A DNA stretch of 64,000 bases from Octopus sinensis (GCF_006345805.1 NC_043006.1:24862001-24926000); one strand, 5' to 3'. Numbered from the stretch's first letter, positions 38,461 to 50,969 are shown. Numbers and translations: made by a program. The notes: generated by a model from the letters alone, not told the origin.

Positions 38461-38626
38461 AGGTGTAGGAGTGGCTGTGTGATAAGTAGCTTGCTTACGA
38501 ACCATATGGTTCCGGGTTCAGTCCCACTATGTGGCACCTTGGGCAAGTGTCTTCTACTATAGCCTCGGGCTGACCAAAGCCTTGTGAGTGGATTTGGTAG
38601 ACGGAAACTGAAAGAAGCCCGTCGTA

Positions 38627-38681
<55 letters not shown>

Positions 38682-38907
38682 ATGTGCGTGTTTGTGTGTC
38701 TGTGTTTGTCCCCCCAACATCGCTTGACAACCGATGCTGGTGTGTTTACGTCCCTGTAACTTAGCGGTTCAGCAAAAAAGAGACTGATAAAATAAGTACT
38801 AGGCTTACAAAGAATAAGTCCTGGAGTCGATTTGATCGACTAAAGGCGGTGCTCCAGCATGGCCACAGTCACATGACTGAAACAAGTAAAAGAGTAAAAG
38901 AGTAAGA
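38461..38907 (+). mobile_element. Full-length OR2/CORE-type SINE with internal (TA)n
   Basis: tRNA-like head, CORE-like ccttgggcaagtgtcttctactatagcc, tail (aaagagt)n. Confidence 0.9.
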
Positions 38908-39325
38908 GATTGCAAAGGATACTAACTGAATTGCCTTTATTTTGTTCTTATACATATGTGTTGTATCTAACAGATCATAGACCTTGTCTGCAGCATTGTC
39001 AGTGCATGTGAGTTGGGGATTAGTGGTTGTGATGATGGCTCCTCCATATTGGTTGCCAAAAGATATTTTGAACTGTTTTTATGATACTCCAGTCCTTTTT
39101 ATTGGATCATTCAGGATTATTTTACACTGAATTCTTTGATTTTCTTTGCTTTTGTCTCCAATCCTTTAGAGAATTAGACAAACATGGATTGGTATACAAT
39201 ATCCCATGATATTTAGTCTTCATGATATGACAATGTTTTACAATGATCTTGATCTATTTCAGTGTAGAATTCCATCAATTAAACTAGAGCAATGATTTAT
39301 TGTTTTTTCTTTTGCTTTTTTTCAG

Positions 39326-39433
39326 GATTCACAAACAAAAAAAGAAATTTTCATGGATTTACTTGCTAGGCGGTACGTGCAATATGCTGAAAAAATAAAG
39401 GACAATTCCAAAACTGAAGATTTTTCTCATTGT
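39326..39433 (+). CDS. Internal coding exon of unidentified plus-strand gene (DSQTKKEIFMDLLARRYVQYAEKIKDNSKTEDFSHC)
   Basis: Strong polypyrimidine acceptor ttttttcag, donor gtgagt, 108 nt, only the phase-0 frame is open. Confidence 0.75.
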
Positions 39434-39847
39434 GTGAGTTAACATTCTTTTTGTTATTCTTAAAAGTTTTATCTATAATACATTTTAATATTTAAAGGGA
39501 GGGTGGTAAAAGTGGCTGTGACTCTAGAGTACACATTAAAGTACATGCAGTATTGACTTTTCATCCTTTTTCCAGTATTCAACATCAAAAGCCAAACCTA
39601 TTTACTTACAGACAAACAACACATCTGTGCTTATTCAGAATGTAAGCTGTAGAAAAAAAAACCTGGCATGGTAGAAGAAAATAGTTTGAAATCAGCATGC
39701 CAATTTTAGTCTAAATCAAGTTAAAAAGCAAAATCTACATAAATTATGTCCAAAATTGTTCTCCTGTGTAATATATTAACCAGTGAGTGAGATAGATAGC
39801 TAGCTAGGTATGTAGGTAGGTAGGTAGGTAGGTAGGTAGATGGATAT

Positions 39848-41108
39848 GTTTCTTTATTGGCCACGCAGGGCTGAACACAGAAGGGACAAAATATAAAGTA
39901 GAGCTTTTCTTTTTGAGAAGAAGAAGAGAAGAAAAAGAAAGAAAGAAAGAAAAAAAAAGTGGGTTGAATTCCGACCAAAAGGCATCATGAAAAAAATAAG
40001 TGGGGGCCGATCAATAGGGATCGTGTATCACAGAAATGCCAATGTAAAAAGAGAAAACAGATTAGGTTTATCCATGGAAAGAAAAGCCTACAGAAAAGAC
40101 CACGGGAACTTTGGGCAATAAATAGCGTCATGCAAAAAAAAAAACACATTACAGTAAGTGGCTCTCTTTTTTCTTTTCATTAATTTATTTTGGTTCATAG
40201 GATTATGCTCAAGCTGGCTCCATCATTCACACATGTCATCCTTGCTACATTCACCCATCTTTTTTTTGAAACATTCACTAGACAAAACTTCCCTCTCTAC
40301 TCTTACCTTCCTCTTCAAGTGATACTTGAAGAAGTTGATGAGAGATTGACCAGAGAGGAAAGTGTTTGTCTCTAGACCTTTCAGACGTGCCCACCATACA
40401 CATTCTTTCACCATAGCCACAAGTATGATGAAAATGGCTCTTCCTTCCTGTTTCAAGGAAGGAGGCGCGACAATATTCACAATAGACTCGGTTGATAAAC
40501 CAACTCGTCCCGATAGCAGTTGTTCGACATATGTCCACAGGTCGGATATGGTTGGACACTGTATGAGTGCATGCAGAATGGTTTTGTTGCTCTGACCGCA
40601 TCTCGAGCAGGTTGACCCCGTGTTTCTCGAGCCATGCCTGTAGAGCTTATCCGAATGGGTAGCGCTTCTCGATAGCACTGCCAGGCCAGGGATCTCTGGA
40701 AGTTGTCCATAGGTCCTGGCCCGAATGTTGTCTTGAACAGGCGGGTCAGGTATTCCTTGTCGACACCCAGATTTGCCCCGAGATCGTTGGCGTACCTCCC
40801 CTCCACTAATCCCCTATACAATGCTTTGGCTGTGTTGAAGTTGCTCAAGGTTGACCCAGGAAGGCATAGTTGCTTGAGAGCAACATAACACTTGCGGTGG
40901 TATTGTATGTGTTCACCACCTCCGCCCAACCTTTTAGGGACAGCTCCCTCTCGGCCCATTGCTGGATGAGAGTGACCAACCTACTTGTTATCTCGTTCTA
41001 GTTCTTCTCAATTTGGAGGTCTGGACCAAACCAGACCCCAAGCAACTCGACCGGACCGTCAGTCCAGCGTCTGACAATGGAGGCGCTGGTGGACGGCATG
41101 GGCTTAGC
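39848..41108 (-). mobile_element. Tx1/L1-type LINE 3' fragment (ORF2 C-terminal CCHC region + 3' UTR), 5'-truncated
   Basis: RSLAWQCYREALP...TCSRCGQSNKTILHALIQCP (zf-RVT-like); polyA signal aataaagaaa at the 3' end. Confidence 0.85.
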
Positions 41109-41173
<65 letters not shown>

Positions 41174-41175
41174 GA
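41109..41175. repeat. (GATA)n microsatellite; partner (TAGA/TAGG)n tract at 39790-39843
   Basis: Read directly. Confidence 0.95.
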
Positions 41176-42373
41176 TACATGGATGGATGGATGGAGGGGC
41201 GGGCGGATGGACGGACAGATAATATAATTGATTCTTATCTTCTCTTCAAAACAGAGCCTTACTTGGTTACTTAATCTTTTATAAATAGCAACCAACTTAA
41301 ATCGAGAGATGGCTCATTAAATTATGTAGTTTTTACATATTCCTACAAAAGCACAATAGCTACAGCTGGAATACTTTGATAGATATACTTGAACTGAATT
41401 GATATTGGGCTAGGAAAGAGTATTTATAATTTATCAATACTTCAATATTTTTAAAATGTTCTTTTAGATAAAATAAATAATCTAACTTTGGAAATCCAGA
41501 TTATTGGTGTTTTACAGCTGTATATCCTTCTAAATATAACTGCAATGTATAAGTACTCTGTTTTTTTTCCGTTAGAAGTTAGTTCCATTCAGTTTGGTGT
41601 CATTGTTTAACCCAAGGTTCACTCTGATTGAGTATACCAATGATTTAAGTCATTCCAGCCATAACCATTGCATCCTGTCTTTTCCTTTTGTTTTCAAATA
41701 TAATGTGTGTAGGACTGCATTAGCAAATGCATCCTGCCTTTGTTTTAAGTTGTTAGAATATTGTTTGGAAAGTATTGGGCTGCTGTTTCTAGCAGATTGA
41801 GATGTACAGGCTCCCTGTACATAGTAAGCATTGTAAAGCACATTGTAAACTGAGTGAGTTCAAAATTTAAAGAACAAATTCTTTGAAAAGAAACAAAACA
41901 GCAGCAGTGATAATTGATATGTCACAATTAGCTACCATAATTACATAGATTTTTGTTTGCAAACATCCACTCATTAGTGAAAGTTAATTTTGCTGTGTGA
42001 CCACCATGATTTAGATTAAGCATTTGTTAATTCACAGGACTGGCCAGTCATCATTGTCATCATCATCATCATCAGCAGCAGCAACCTCATAATTATTATA
42101 ATTATTATTGTTACTTCTATCATCAGTACTTTCATCATCCTTGTCCTCTCTATTATTGTTCTTGTCATTGCTAATGTCATTAATTGGAGTGTCAGTTACA
42201 GCTCTACTGACTCCTCAAAACTTTGTGTAGTGTTATAGGTATTGCCTTTTGTCTGACATGCTAACAAATCTGCTGGCTCACTGAAAAGACAAAGCAATCT
42301 CTGTGTCTGTTTGTCACAACATCTATAAGAGGGACAGAAAAAATATTTTTAGAAAGGGAGAGAAATATAGTGT

Positions 42374-42405
<32 letters not shown>

Positions 42406-42739
42406 ATGTGTGTATGAAAGATAGATGTTTAGTGTTGTCACCTTTGTACCTAAGATCTCTTGAAGGATATATAGTTATTTTTGGGGGGTTGTGTGTGTGG
42501 GGAGGGTGTATATTTCTTAGCGTGTGCATGTGTTTGTTTCTGTGTCTTTCACTATATAGAAAACGCAATACAGACTTTCAAAAAGAAAACTTTCTCTTTG
42601 AATAGAAGAAGGGAAGAAGAAAAGGTTGTCTTTGAGAAAGAAATACAGTAAGACAAAGACAGAGAGGGAAAGAGAGATATATAGATCGGTATTGTTGTCA
42701 CCATAGTAACTAACAAGTTTTGATTAAAAATGCAGTATG

Positions 42740-43548
42740 CCAATTGGCAGTGGTGAGCATAGTCCTACTGCCGTGTGGTGCATCTTTGCTTTGCAGTGCT
42801 TCTCCCATTCATCGATTTTTGCAATGGCTGAAATGAAAGAACAATGTGCTTCTGTGAAATTCTGTTTTCTGCTGGGGAAAATGGCAGCCAAAACATTTGT
42901 CATGCTTCTAACAGCTTATAAGGATGCTGCCATGAGCAAAACACAAGCTTATAAGTGGTTTTCATGCTTTACGAATGGTCACTTGTTGCTTGAAGACCAA
43001 CCTTGTTCAGAGCGTCCATCGACCTCCTGAATGAAGGAAAACATCACGAAAATTTATGAACTGATCTTGAAGGACCATCACTGAACAATTGACGAACTTG
43101 TTGATATGACTGGTGTCTCCTGGAGCTCCTGCCAATTAATTTTGAGTGAGAAATTGCGAATGAAAAGAGTTGCATCATCAAGATTTGTGCCTTGCTTGCT
43201 CATGGAAGATCAAAAGCAGTCACAGTTTAATGCATGGTGTGAACTGAAAGAGCAGTTGGAAATTGATCTGGAGCTTTTTTCGAAGGTCATCAATGATGAC
43301 AAAAGCTAGTGTTACGGAATTAGCGGATGTGGAAGACGTGAAGAAAAAAATGACGGCATTAAAAGGCATCACTTTGTAAGGGGCATTAAGAGGCATAATT
43401 TTGCAAGAGTTCAAGTACTGCTTCAAAAACGTGTCTGGACCGATGCATTGCTTCAAATGGAGAATACCTTGAAAACAATAAAAGTGTAAACATGTAAACT
43501 AAGTGAATAAAATAATATTGCAAAATTCCGGTTTCTTTTGGGTACCTA
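42740..43548 (+). mobile_element. Internally deleted mariner relic
   Basis: MAEMKEQCASVKFCFLLGK...KTQAYKWF HTH region, RFVPCLL (WVPHEL-equivalent), right TIR-like aaattccggtttcttttgggtacc. Confidence 0.85.
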
Positions 43549-43591
43549 CTTACACATATACGCTACATATAGAATTTTTATCTGTGTGTGT

Positions 43592-43629
<38 letters not shown>

Positions 43630-44355
43630 ATTTCTGTATGTTTTTCAGCATATAGACACAGACTTCAAAAAAAACTGGCACGAAACCACAATGACATCTT
43701 GGGTCATTGAATGACAAGGAAATCAGCTGTGAATATTCCATGTATCATGTTTTTGCCTAAATTTCCCGTCTTTTAAATTTGCGTCTAGTTTTCCATTTGC
43801 TCTACTTTCACTTAATTTTTCTCTTTGTTTTGTTCTTTATGTTCAACCTTTGATATATCCATGTAGCACAATGAACACTCTGTTTACTTTATTATAAAAA
43901 AATATTCATTCAATATTTATTGCGCGACTCTTACTCTATTTCTTTCCATCTCTACTCTTACTCAATCTCTTTCCATTTCTAGTCTTACCCTATCACTTTC
44001 CATCCTTGCTTGTCTCCCTTGTACCTTTCTTTTCTCACTCTGTGTCTCTCCCTTTTATTCTTCAGTCCCTCTGTCCTACCATGTGACTGGTGCAGTTCTT
44101 TTTTTTGACCTGCCTCTGACCAGACAGTTATGCTTATCTGAGCTCCTGCTATGTCCGCTTGGACTTTCTCTGTTTCATCTCTGACGCAGCCTCTAGCTCT
44201 GATTCATACCACTTTTCTGCTACTTTGTATCTATACACTCAGCTAACATTCCAATGCTCCCTTTTACTGATAGTCATTCCTGCATTTATATACTTTTTGT
44301 GCTAGTCTACTGCAAAGCACCATGCCATTATGTCTGTCCAGTAGCTGAAAAGTTT

Positions 44356-45075
44356 GGAAAGACTTCTTCCCATTCACCCATTTTCTCCCCAATTTTTTTT
44401 TTTTACCAAAAAATCCCATTTTTGGATATGGAGATTCTGGAAAATTGCCATAAATCAGTATTTTGAAATTTCGTTTCCCCCCTTACCCCCATACCCCTAA
44501 CTTCCTCATTTTTCACTTTTTTCCCTAACTCTAATCATAACCTTAACCCTAACCGTAACCCAACCCTAAAACCCTAACCTAACCCTAACTGTAACCCTAA
44601 AACCCTAGCCTAACCCTAACCGTAACCCTAAAACTCTAAAATCCTAACTGTAACTGTAACTGTAACCCTAAAACCTTAACCATAACCGTAACCCTAAAGC
44701 CCTAACCCTAAAACCTTAACCCTAACCCTAACTGTAACCCTAACCTTAAAACTCTAGCCCTAGCCCTAAAGCCCTAATCGTAACCATAACCCTAAAACCC
44801 TAAAACCTTAACCCTAATTGTAACTACAAAATTTTTGGAATTTTTTTTTCAAAATCAAAATGTCTGTATTTTCCCGCATATTTAAAAAAAAAATTCTGAA
44901 AAAAATTAAAAATGAAGAACTGGGTAATTTTAAATGCTGATTTTTGCCAATTTTTTTTGCATAATTGTATTCTCCATAGCCAAAAAACAGGATTTGTGTA
45001 GAAAAAAGTATAAAAATTTTTTAAAAGGGGTGTTTTTTGGTAGGTACAAAAGGAAATCTTGCCAAAAGTTCTTTC
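44356..45075. mobile_element. MITE/foldback-like element with central degenerate telomeric array (44523-44827)
   Basis: Inverted segments ttttggatatggaga / tctccatagccaaaa and taccaaaaaa / ttttttggta flank ~300 bp of CCCTAA variants. Confidence 0.55.
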
Positions 45076-45509
45076 TAATGTATTTGTGGTATATGTATAA
45101 TTATTCTTTTCCTTCTGTTGTATAGCTGAAAGGCTTCATTCTATTATATATGCATAATTCTTTTTTTGTTGTATTTATAAATTTTTTGTTGTATACATAG
45201 TATCATTTCAGTTTTTTCCTGTCCTTGTATACATTTGTTAGCTTTTCCTCAGAAGCTTAATCCTCTGGTGCCTTTTGATATCTTGGGTCACTGACTGACA
45301 AGGAAATCAGCTGCAAATATTCTGTGTATTATGTTTTTACCTAAATTTCCGGTCCGTTGAGTCTTGTCTTCTGTTTGTTCTGCTTTCCTCTAATTTTTCT
45401 CTTTGTTGTGTTCTTTCTGTTCTAAATAAATGTTATTGTTCAACAGTATTCAAATTGTTACTAAGAAAGTCAATCTAAACATTATTTGCACAATTTAAAG
45501 TTTTGTGGA

Positions 45510-45690
45510 GAGGGGACTAGTCAATTACATCAACGCTAATATTTCTCTGGTACTTAATTTATCGACTCCAAAAGGATGAAAGGCAAAATTGACCTAAGTG
45601 GAATTAGAACTCAGAACATACAGATGGACAGAGTGCTGTAAAGCATTTCGTCTGGTGTGCTAATGATTCTGCCAGCTCACTGTCTTCATA
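45510..45690 (-). mobile_element. Degraded OR1-like SINE
   Basis: ggatgaaaggcaaaattgacct...aactcagaac...tgccagctcac. Confidence 0.75.
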
Positions 45691-45719
45691 ATAATAATAA
45701 TGATGATTGCTGCAATATT

Positions 45720-46570
45720 GGGTGTGCAAAAGTATGCTGTATGTAGTGAAGGAAGAGTACCATTAGCAGCTAGAAATATCCTAAAAGTTACCAAAACAAT
45801 AAAAGAATTCAAGGACAGAAGAAAAAACAAGACAAATAACTGGACAGAGAAGGAATTACATGGCTAATTCATGCAACAAACTCAGGATATTTGAAGTAAA
45901 GAACACTGGTTGTGGCTGACAGGTGGAAATTTAAAGCAAGAAACCAAATTGCTAATTTTAGCCATTCAAGAACAAGAGATTAGAATGAAATTTGATGAAG
46001 ATAAGGATTTACAAAATTCACACAAGTGCAGAATCTGTGGAAAAGGAGATGAAAGTATTAACTGTTTCTTAATAGTGCAGTAGACTAGCACAAAATGTGT
46101 ATAAATGCAGGAATGACTGTCAGTAAAAGGGAGCATTGGAATGTTAGCTGAGTGTATAGATACAAAGTAGCAGAAAAATGGTATGAATCAGAGCTTGTGT
46201 CAGAGAATAATAATTATGGGATTTTATGGGATTCTTCCATAAAGACTGGCTATGTTACTGAAGCAAAATATATGATAGTAGAAGACAAAAAAGAGTAAGA
46301 TCATTGACTTTGAAGTACCATATAACAGAGTGGATACCAAAGAAACTGAGAAGTATCAGGGCCTAGCCTGAGAGATAAAGTGACTGTGGAAGACTAAGGT
46401 GACAACTGTTCTTGTAATTAGTGCATTTGGCACAACACCCAAACTGCTACCTTACTGGTTGAATGATATTGGAGTTGAGACACATTTTCAACCTGCAGAA
46501 AAGTGTAATTCTTATGAAAAATTCTTGAGATTTGAAGAGACTTGTTGCCACCAAACCCCAAGACAATACC
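45720..46570 (+). mobile_element. R4/Dong-type non-LTR retrotransposon 3' fragment (CCHC + restriction-like endonuclease), decayed
   Basis: LHG*FMQQ, WLTGGNLKQETK, KCRICGKGDES, ILWD, IIDFEVPY, EKYQGLA, AFGTTPK motifs. Confidence 0.75.
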
Positions 46571-46989
46571 TCTGCTAACTAATGTAGCATATAGTAGCTC
46601 TTCAAAGAATTTGGAATTACTATAAAATTATTCTTATCCTTATAGTGCTTGCAGCCATAGGAAGAGTTTCAAGAAGTTTGAGTGGTTGACTGAAGATATT
46701 AGGTATTAAGATGAATTTCTTGATTCTACAGAAAATATGTTTGCTTGGCATAGCAAGGATTATAAGAAAGATGCTGGATACTAAGATTGCAAGGTATGGC
46801 CTGACATCCATGTATCCAATACCAATAGAGCAAGAATGAAAAGCAGCTGTGTTTCGTTTCATACTTTCAGGGGCGATTAAATAAGTACCAGTGAGAGCAC
46901 TGAGGTTGATGTAGTTGACTAGCTCCCTTCTACATATTTCAGGCCTTGTGCCTATAGTAGAAAGAATTATTATCATAGAGTGAGGAAGT

Positions 46990-47590
46990 AGCACATGCCA
47001 TCAAAGTGACACTGGGGTACAAATATAGAAAGCCTAATATACCCATCATGACTACCTGTCTGATAAGGGTACACCAGGCACATGCATTGCAGCCATATGT
47101 GCGTGACATGGTGATCTCATATTAAGTAAAACAGTACATGACCTTGTAGGTGGGGCCCAGTTAGAATTTTCTTCAGGCCAAGTAACCCATCCTACTCAAA
47201 AGGTCACTGAATAAGGTTTGTTTTCAGGATGATGAATAAAAAAACCCATGTTTCCAATGGGGAATTATCCAAACCCCAAAGAATTCCCCTCAACACATGG
47301 CTATGATGCTCCACCACTACTTCTGCTCATGATCAGAGATGCACATGTTGTCAACCATGAAGGGACATGCTCAACTGGTTAAGGTCAAACAACTGACAAG
47401 AAAATCTGAAAATATCATTGCCCAATGACTGAAGGGTACTCTTAAATGGGCTGGTTATGCTGCACTGGCATAGGCCACAGTTATGGTCTCATTTGGCTTG
47501 CTGGGTCTTCTCAAGCACAGCATATCACCAAAGGTCTCAGTCACTCATCATTGCCTCTGTGAGGCCCAACGTTTGAAGGTTGTGCTTCAC
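46990..47590 (-). mobile_element. RTE-related 3' fragment (different 3' UTR subfamily)
   Basis: gtggtgaagcacaaccttcaaacgttgggcctcacagagg matches the RTE ORF end at 62585-62625. Confidence 0.65.
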
Positions 47591-47599
47591 CACCTCATT

Positions 47600-49900
47600 G
47601 TACAAATCCATTTTATTCTCAATAACCTGGGATTTTTAATTTGACTTATTTGTATGATGTGAAGAATCAGAGAAGTGGTAGAAGTGAATGATATATCGTC
47701 ATGAAGATGTTAGCAGAATTAACTGCCCTGGGGGTACCCATGTTGAATCCCCTCATCTTGTGGTAAAATTTTTGTCCAAACTTGTAACACAAACTTCAAT
47801 AATTTATAGACAAAGTTAGATGGAATTCTTTTATTTGACTGTTTTTCAAAAGCATTTATGAATGCTTCCACCCTCTCATCATGGTCAATACTGGGTTATT
47901 GCGAAGAAACATTCATGGTTATAAAAAAAACACTTTTCAACAGTACTTTGGGTTTTGAAAAATTGTTGATTTTGGACACATAATCAAAAGTATCCCAAAT
48001 ATAGGAACTTATCTTTTTACTACAGGAAGGAGAAAGCCATTCAGCCACAAATTTTGGCTGTGTAACTTTTATACCCACTGTAAATTGGCCACAACGGAGG
48101 AAACTTTCCAAACTTTTGTGTATTTTTTGGAAGGCTGTGAAATATAGGTGTTTTTTGTTCTAACCACAAAATCCTAGATTCATCATCATCATCATCATCA
48201 TCATTTAACGTCCGCTTTCCATGCTAGCATGGGTTGGACGGTTCAACTGGGGTCTGGGGAGCCCGAAAGCTGCACCAGTCCAGTCAGATCTGGCAGTGTT
48301 TCTACAGCTGGATGCCCTTCCTAACGCCAACCACTCCGAGAGTGTAGTGGGTGATTTTATGTGCCACCGACACAGGTGCCAGACGAGGCTGACAAACGGC
48401 CACGCTCGATGGTGTTTTTATGTGCCACCGACACAGGTGCCAGACGAGGCTGGCAGACGGCCACGCTCGGATGGTGTTTTTATGTGCCACCGACACAGGT
48501 GCCAGATGAGGCTGGCGAACGGCCATGATCGGATGGTGTTTGTTACGTGCCCACAGCACGGAGGCCGGTCGATGCGGAACTGGCTACGGCCACGTTCGGA
48601 TGGTTCTCATGTGTGCCACTGGCACTGGTACCACAAAGTGTGTGCCACCGGCACTGGTACCACAAAGATACAGATTCCATTGATGTTCATCTATTTTGAT
48701 TTGTTTTGATTTGATTTTCACTTGCCTCAACAGGTCTTCACAAGTGTCACAAGAAGGAAGGTATGCACAGGTGGACTGACTACGTCCCAGGTAGGGGCCA
48801 TGGGTTATGGCCTGACTAGTCTTGCCGGGTCTTCGGATGGTGTTTTTATGTGCCACCGACACAGGTGCTAGATGAGGCTGGCGAACGGCCACGATCGGAT
48901 GGTGTTTGTCATGTGCCCACAGAACGGAGGCCAGTCGATGCGGTACTGGCTACGGCCACTTTCGGATGGTTTTCTCTTGTGTGCCACCGGCACTGGTACC
49001 ACAAAGATACAAATTCCATTGATGTTCATCTATTTTGATTTGTTTTGATTTGATTTTGATTTTGATTTTCACTTGCCTCAACAGGCCTTTGATTCAGTGT
49101 CATGAAATTGTTTTTTTATATTTACAAAATTATTTTGTCAAGTTCCTTTCTGTAATTGGAGTTTGGATTGACAGTTTGGATTTAAGTGACAAAACTTCAT
49201 AAAAAGTTTTGTCACTTAAAACTGCTTTACAAGTTGAAATATGCTCCTCCTTGTCCATAATTACAATAGCACCCCTACTCTATCTACCATTTTAATAACA
49301 ACAGAATCATTGATAACTAGACAATGTACTAATGGAGTATAAGGTTATCCCAGGTCTTCTTTCTACTTGTTATAAGGCTTTCCTTAAAGCCTGTCTGACA
49401 GGATTCAAGAAATTCTAGCAGGACACATTCCTGAACTTCATCCAAATACCAATTTGGATTTTTTTCAGTCCAATTATGTCAGATTTGATCATCATCATTT
49501 TCAGTAAACATGGGGTTTTCTGATTCTGTTCTGTGATACCATTTTTTCATAAACATATTCCTTAAGCTTGTGACAGTGAACAAACTGAAATAGTTTGAGC
49601 TAGTTTATTTTTGTCGAAAACTCAGTCTAAGCTCTAGACAAAGATATTGTCTGATAAAAGTTTTATAACTGACTTATTTTCTAATATGATACATTTTCTA
49701 ATGAGAGCAAATGTTTTCCATAGTATTACTCTCATTAGATTTCTGATTGTCTTTTAATTTTTGTAGGAATTCTTCACTTAAAAATGTAGAGCTTATTTGT
49801 CATCTTTCTAGGAGTAACTCATTTCTGGATGAGTGAGAAAAAGTGAGTGATTTCTTTGGTTTTGTTGGCATCTGAACAATTTTAACGTTTGAGAAGGGAA
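47600..49900 (-). mobile_element. Very decayed Penelope-like RT, interrupted by the RTE tail insertion
   Basis: KMRGFNMGTPRAVNSANIFM resembles the PLE RT G.AMG..AP.YANIFM motif. Confidence 0.45.
48181..49090 (-). mobile_element. RTE 3' UTR-derived element with (GAT)n tail, ~62-bp tandem repeats and an internal duplication
   Basis: Reverse complement of 54840-55180; three tttatgtgccaccgacacaggtgccag units at 48356-48541. Confidence 0.85.
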
Positions 49901-50741
49901 CAAATTTGTTGTGCCCAAGGCAAAATTTAAAATGTTACCAATTGCAAAAAAGAAAAAGCAAAAATTGATGATGTTTTATCTAAAAAGGAACACTAGATAT
50001 TCCTAGTCATATTTGGAATTTCTGTATTTCTGTTTTTTTTTGTTTTTGTTTTTGTTTTTGATTTTGAACCTAAGCAAGACTGACAGTGTCAAAATATTGT
50101 TTTGTTCAATAAACAAAGTCAATCTCTATCTATTACAAATTATATCCTCTTCTTATTGCTGTTTTGTATTGTGTTGAGTCAAAAGTTTTGCAATATTTTG
50201 GTAACTGATTTGCTTTATTCATCAAGATAGAACAAAAGCAGCTTAGCATTCTGTTATAAAGCAGTCTTTTTCCACTTTTGTAGCTGTCTTTGTACAATGG
50301 TTGTTACTCTGATAGATATTGTTATAATCTGAAGTCATCAATAGGATGTTTCTACCTGGTGCTGTACAACCCCCAGTCATACATTGTTGTTATCCTCAAA
50401 AGGTTGATCATTATAATGCCCACTCAGTATCACAGTATTACTAGACCAATACAGACACAACTATCAACACAATCTACACATACTCTTCATACTCTCTTAA
50501 TACTAGCTGATGTCACCTTACTTATAGGGACTGTTTCATTCCATTCATTGCGTGGGAGGGGTGTACTATTATACAACATCTCCCCTTTTAAGTTTTTCTT
50601 AAGAAGTGTCATTTTATTCAGCAATATTTTATTCACCCCACCTCCCTTTTTGAATTTTTTTTTTTGAATAATTTAATATTTTTTTAACAAGAATTCACAT
50701 TTTTCCTCCACACTGAAGAGAAACTGCTTAAATTTAATATA

Positions 50742-50969
50742 TATTTCTTTTACTACCCACAAGGGGCTAAACATAGAGGGGACAAACAAGGACAGACAAA
50801 GAGATTAAGTTGATTACATTGACCCAGTGCGAAACTGGTACTTTATTTATCGACCCCGAGAGGATGAAAGGCAAAGTCAACCTCGGCGGAATTTGAACTC
50901 AGAACGTAACGACAGACGAAATACCGCAAAACATTTCGCCCGGTGTGCTAACGTTTCTGCCAGCTTGCC
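50742..50969 (-). mobile_element. Young OR1-like SINE with 16-bp TSD, nested in the Gypsy element
   Basis: TSD gcttaaatttaatata at 50726-50741 and 50970-50985. Confidence 0.92.

Noticed and set aside
39120-39170. Possible ECS for exon 39326-39433
   Set aside because: Complementarity is limited to low-complexity A/T runs.
44523-44827. True telomere or chromosome-fusion scar
   Set aside because: The array is highly degenerate, single-orientation, embedded between inverted arms, and has a sister copy at 13176.
48356-48541. Regular ~62-bp repeats resembling a CRISPR array or hammerheads (CAGATGAG...GAA)
   Set aside because: Contiguous tandem units without unique spacers, no cas genes, eukaryotic context, and no CUGANGA core; part of an RTE 3' UTR.
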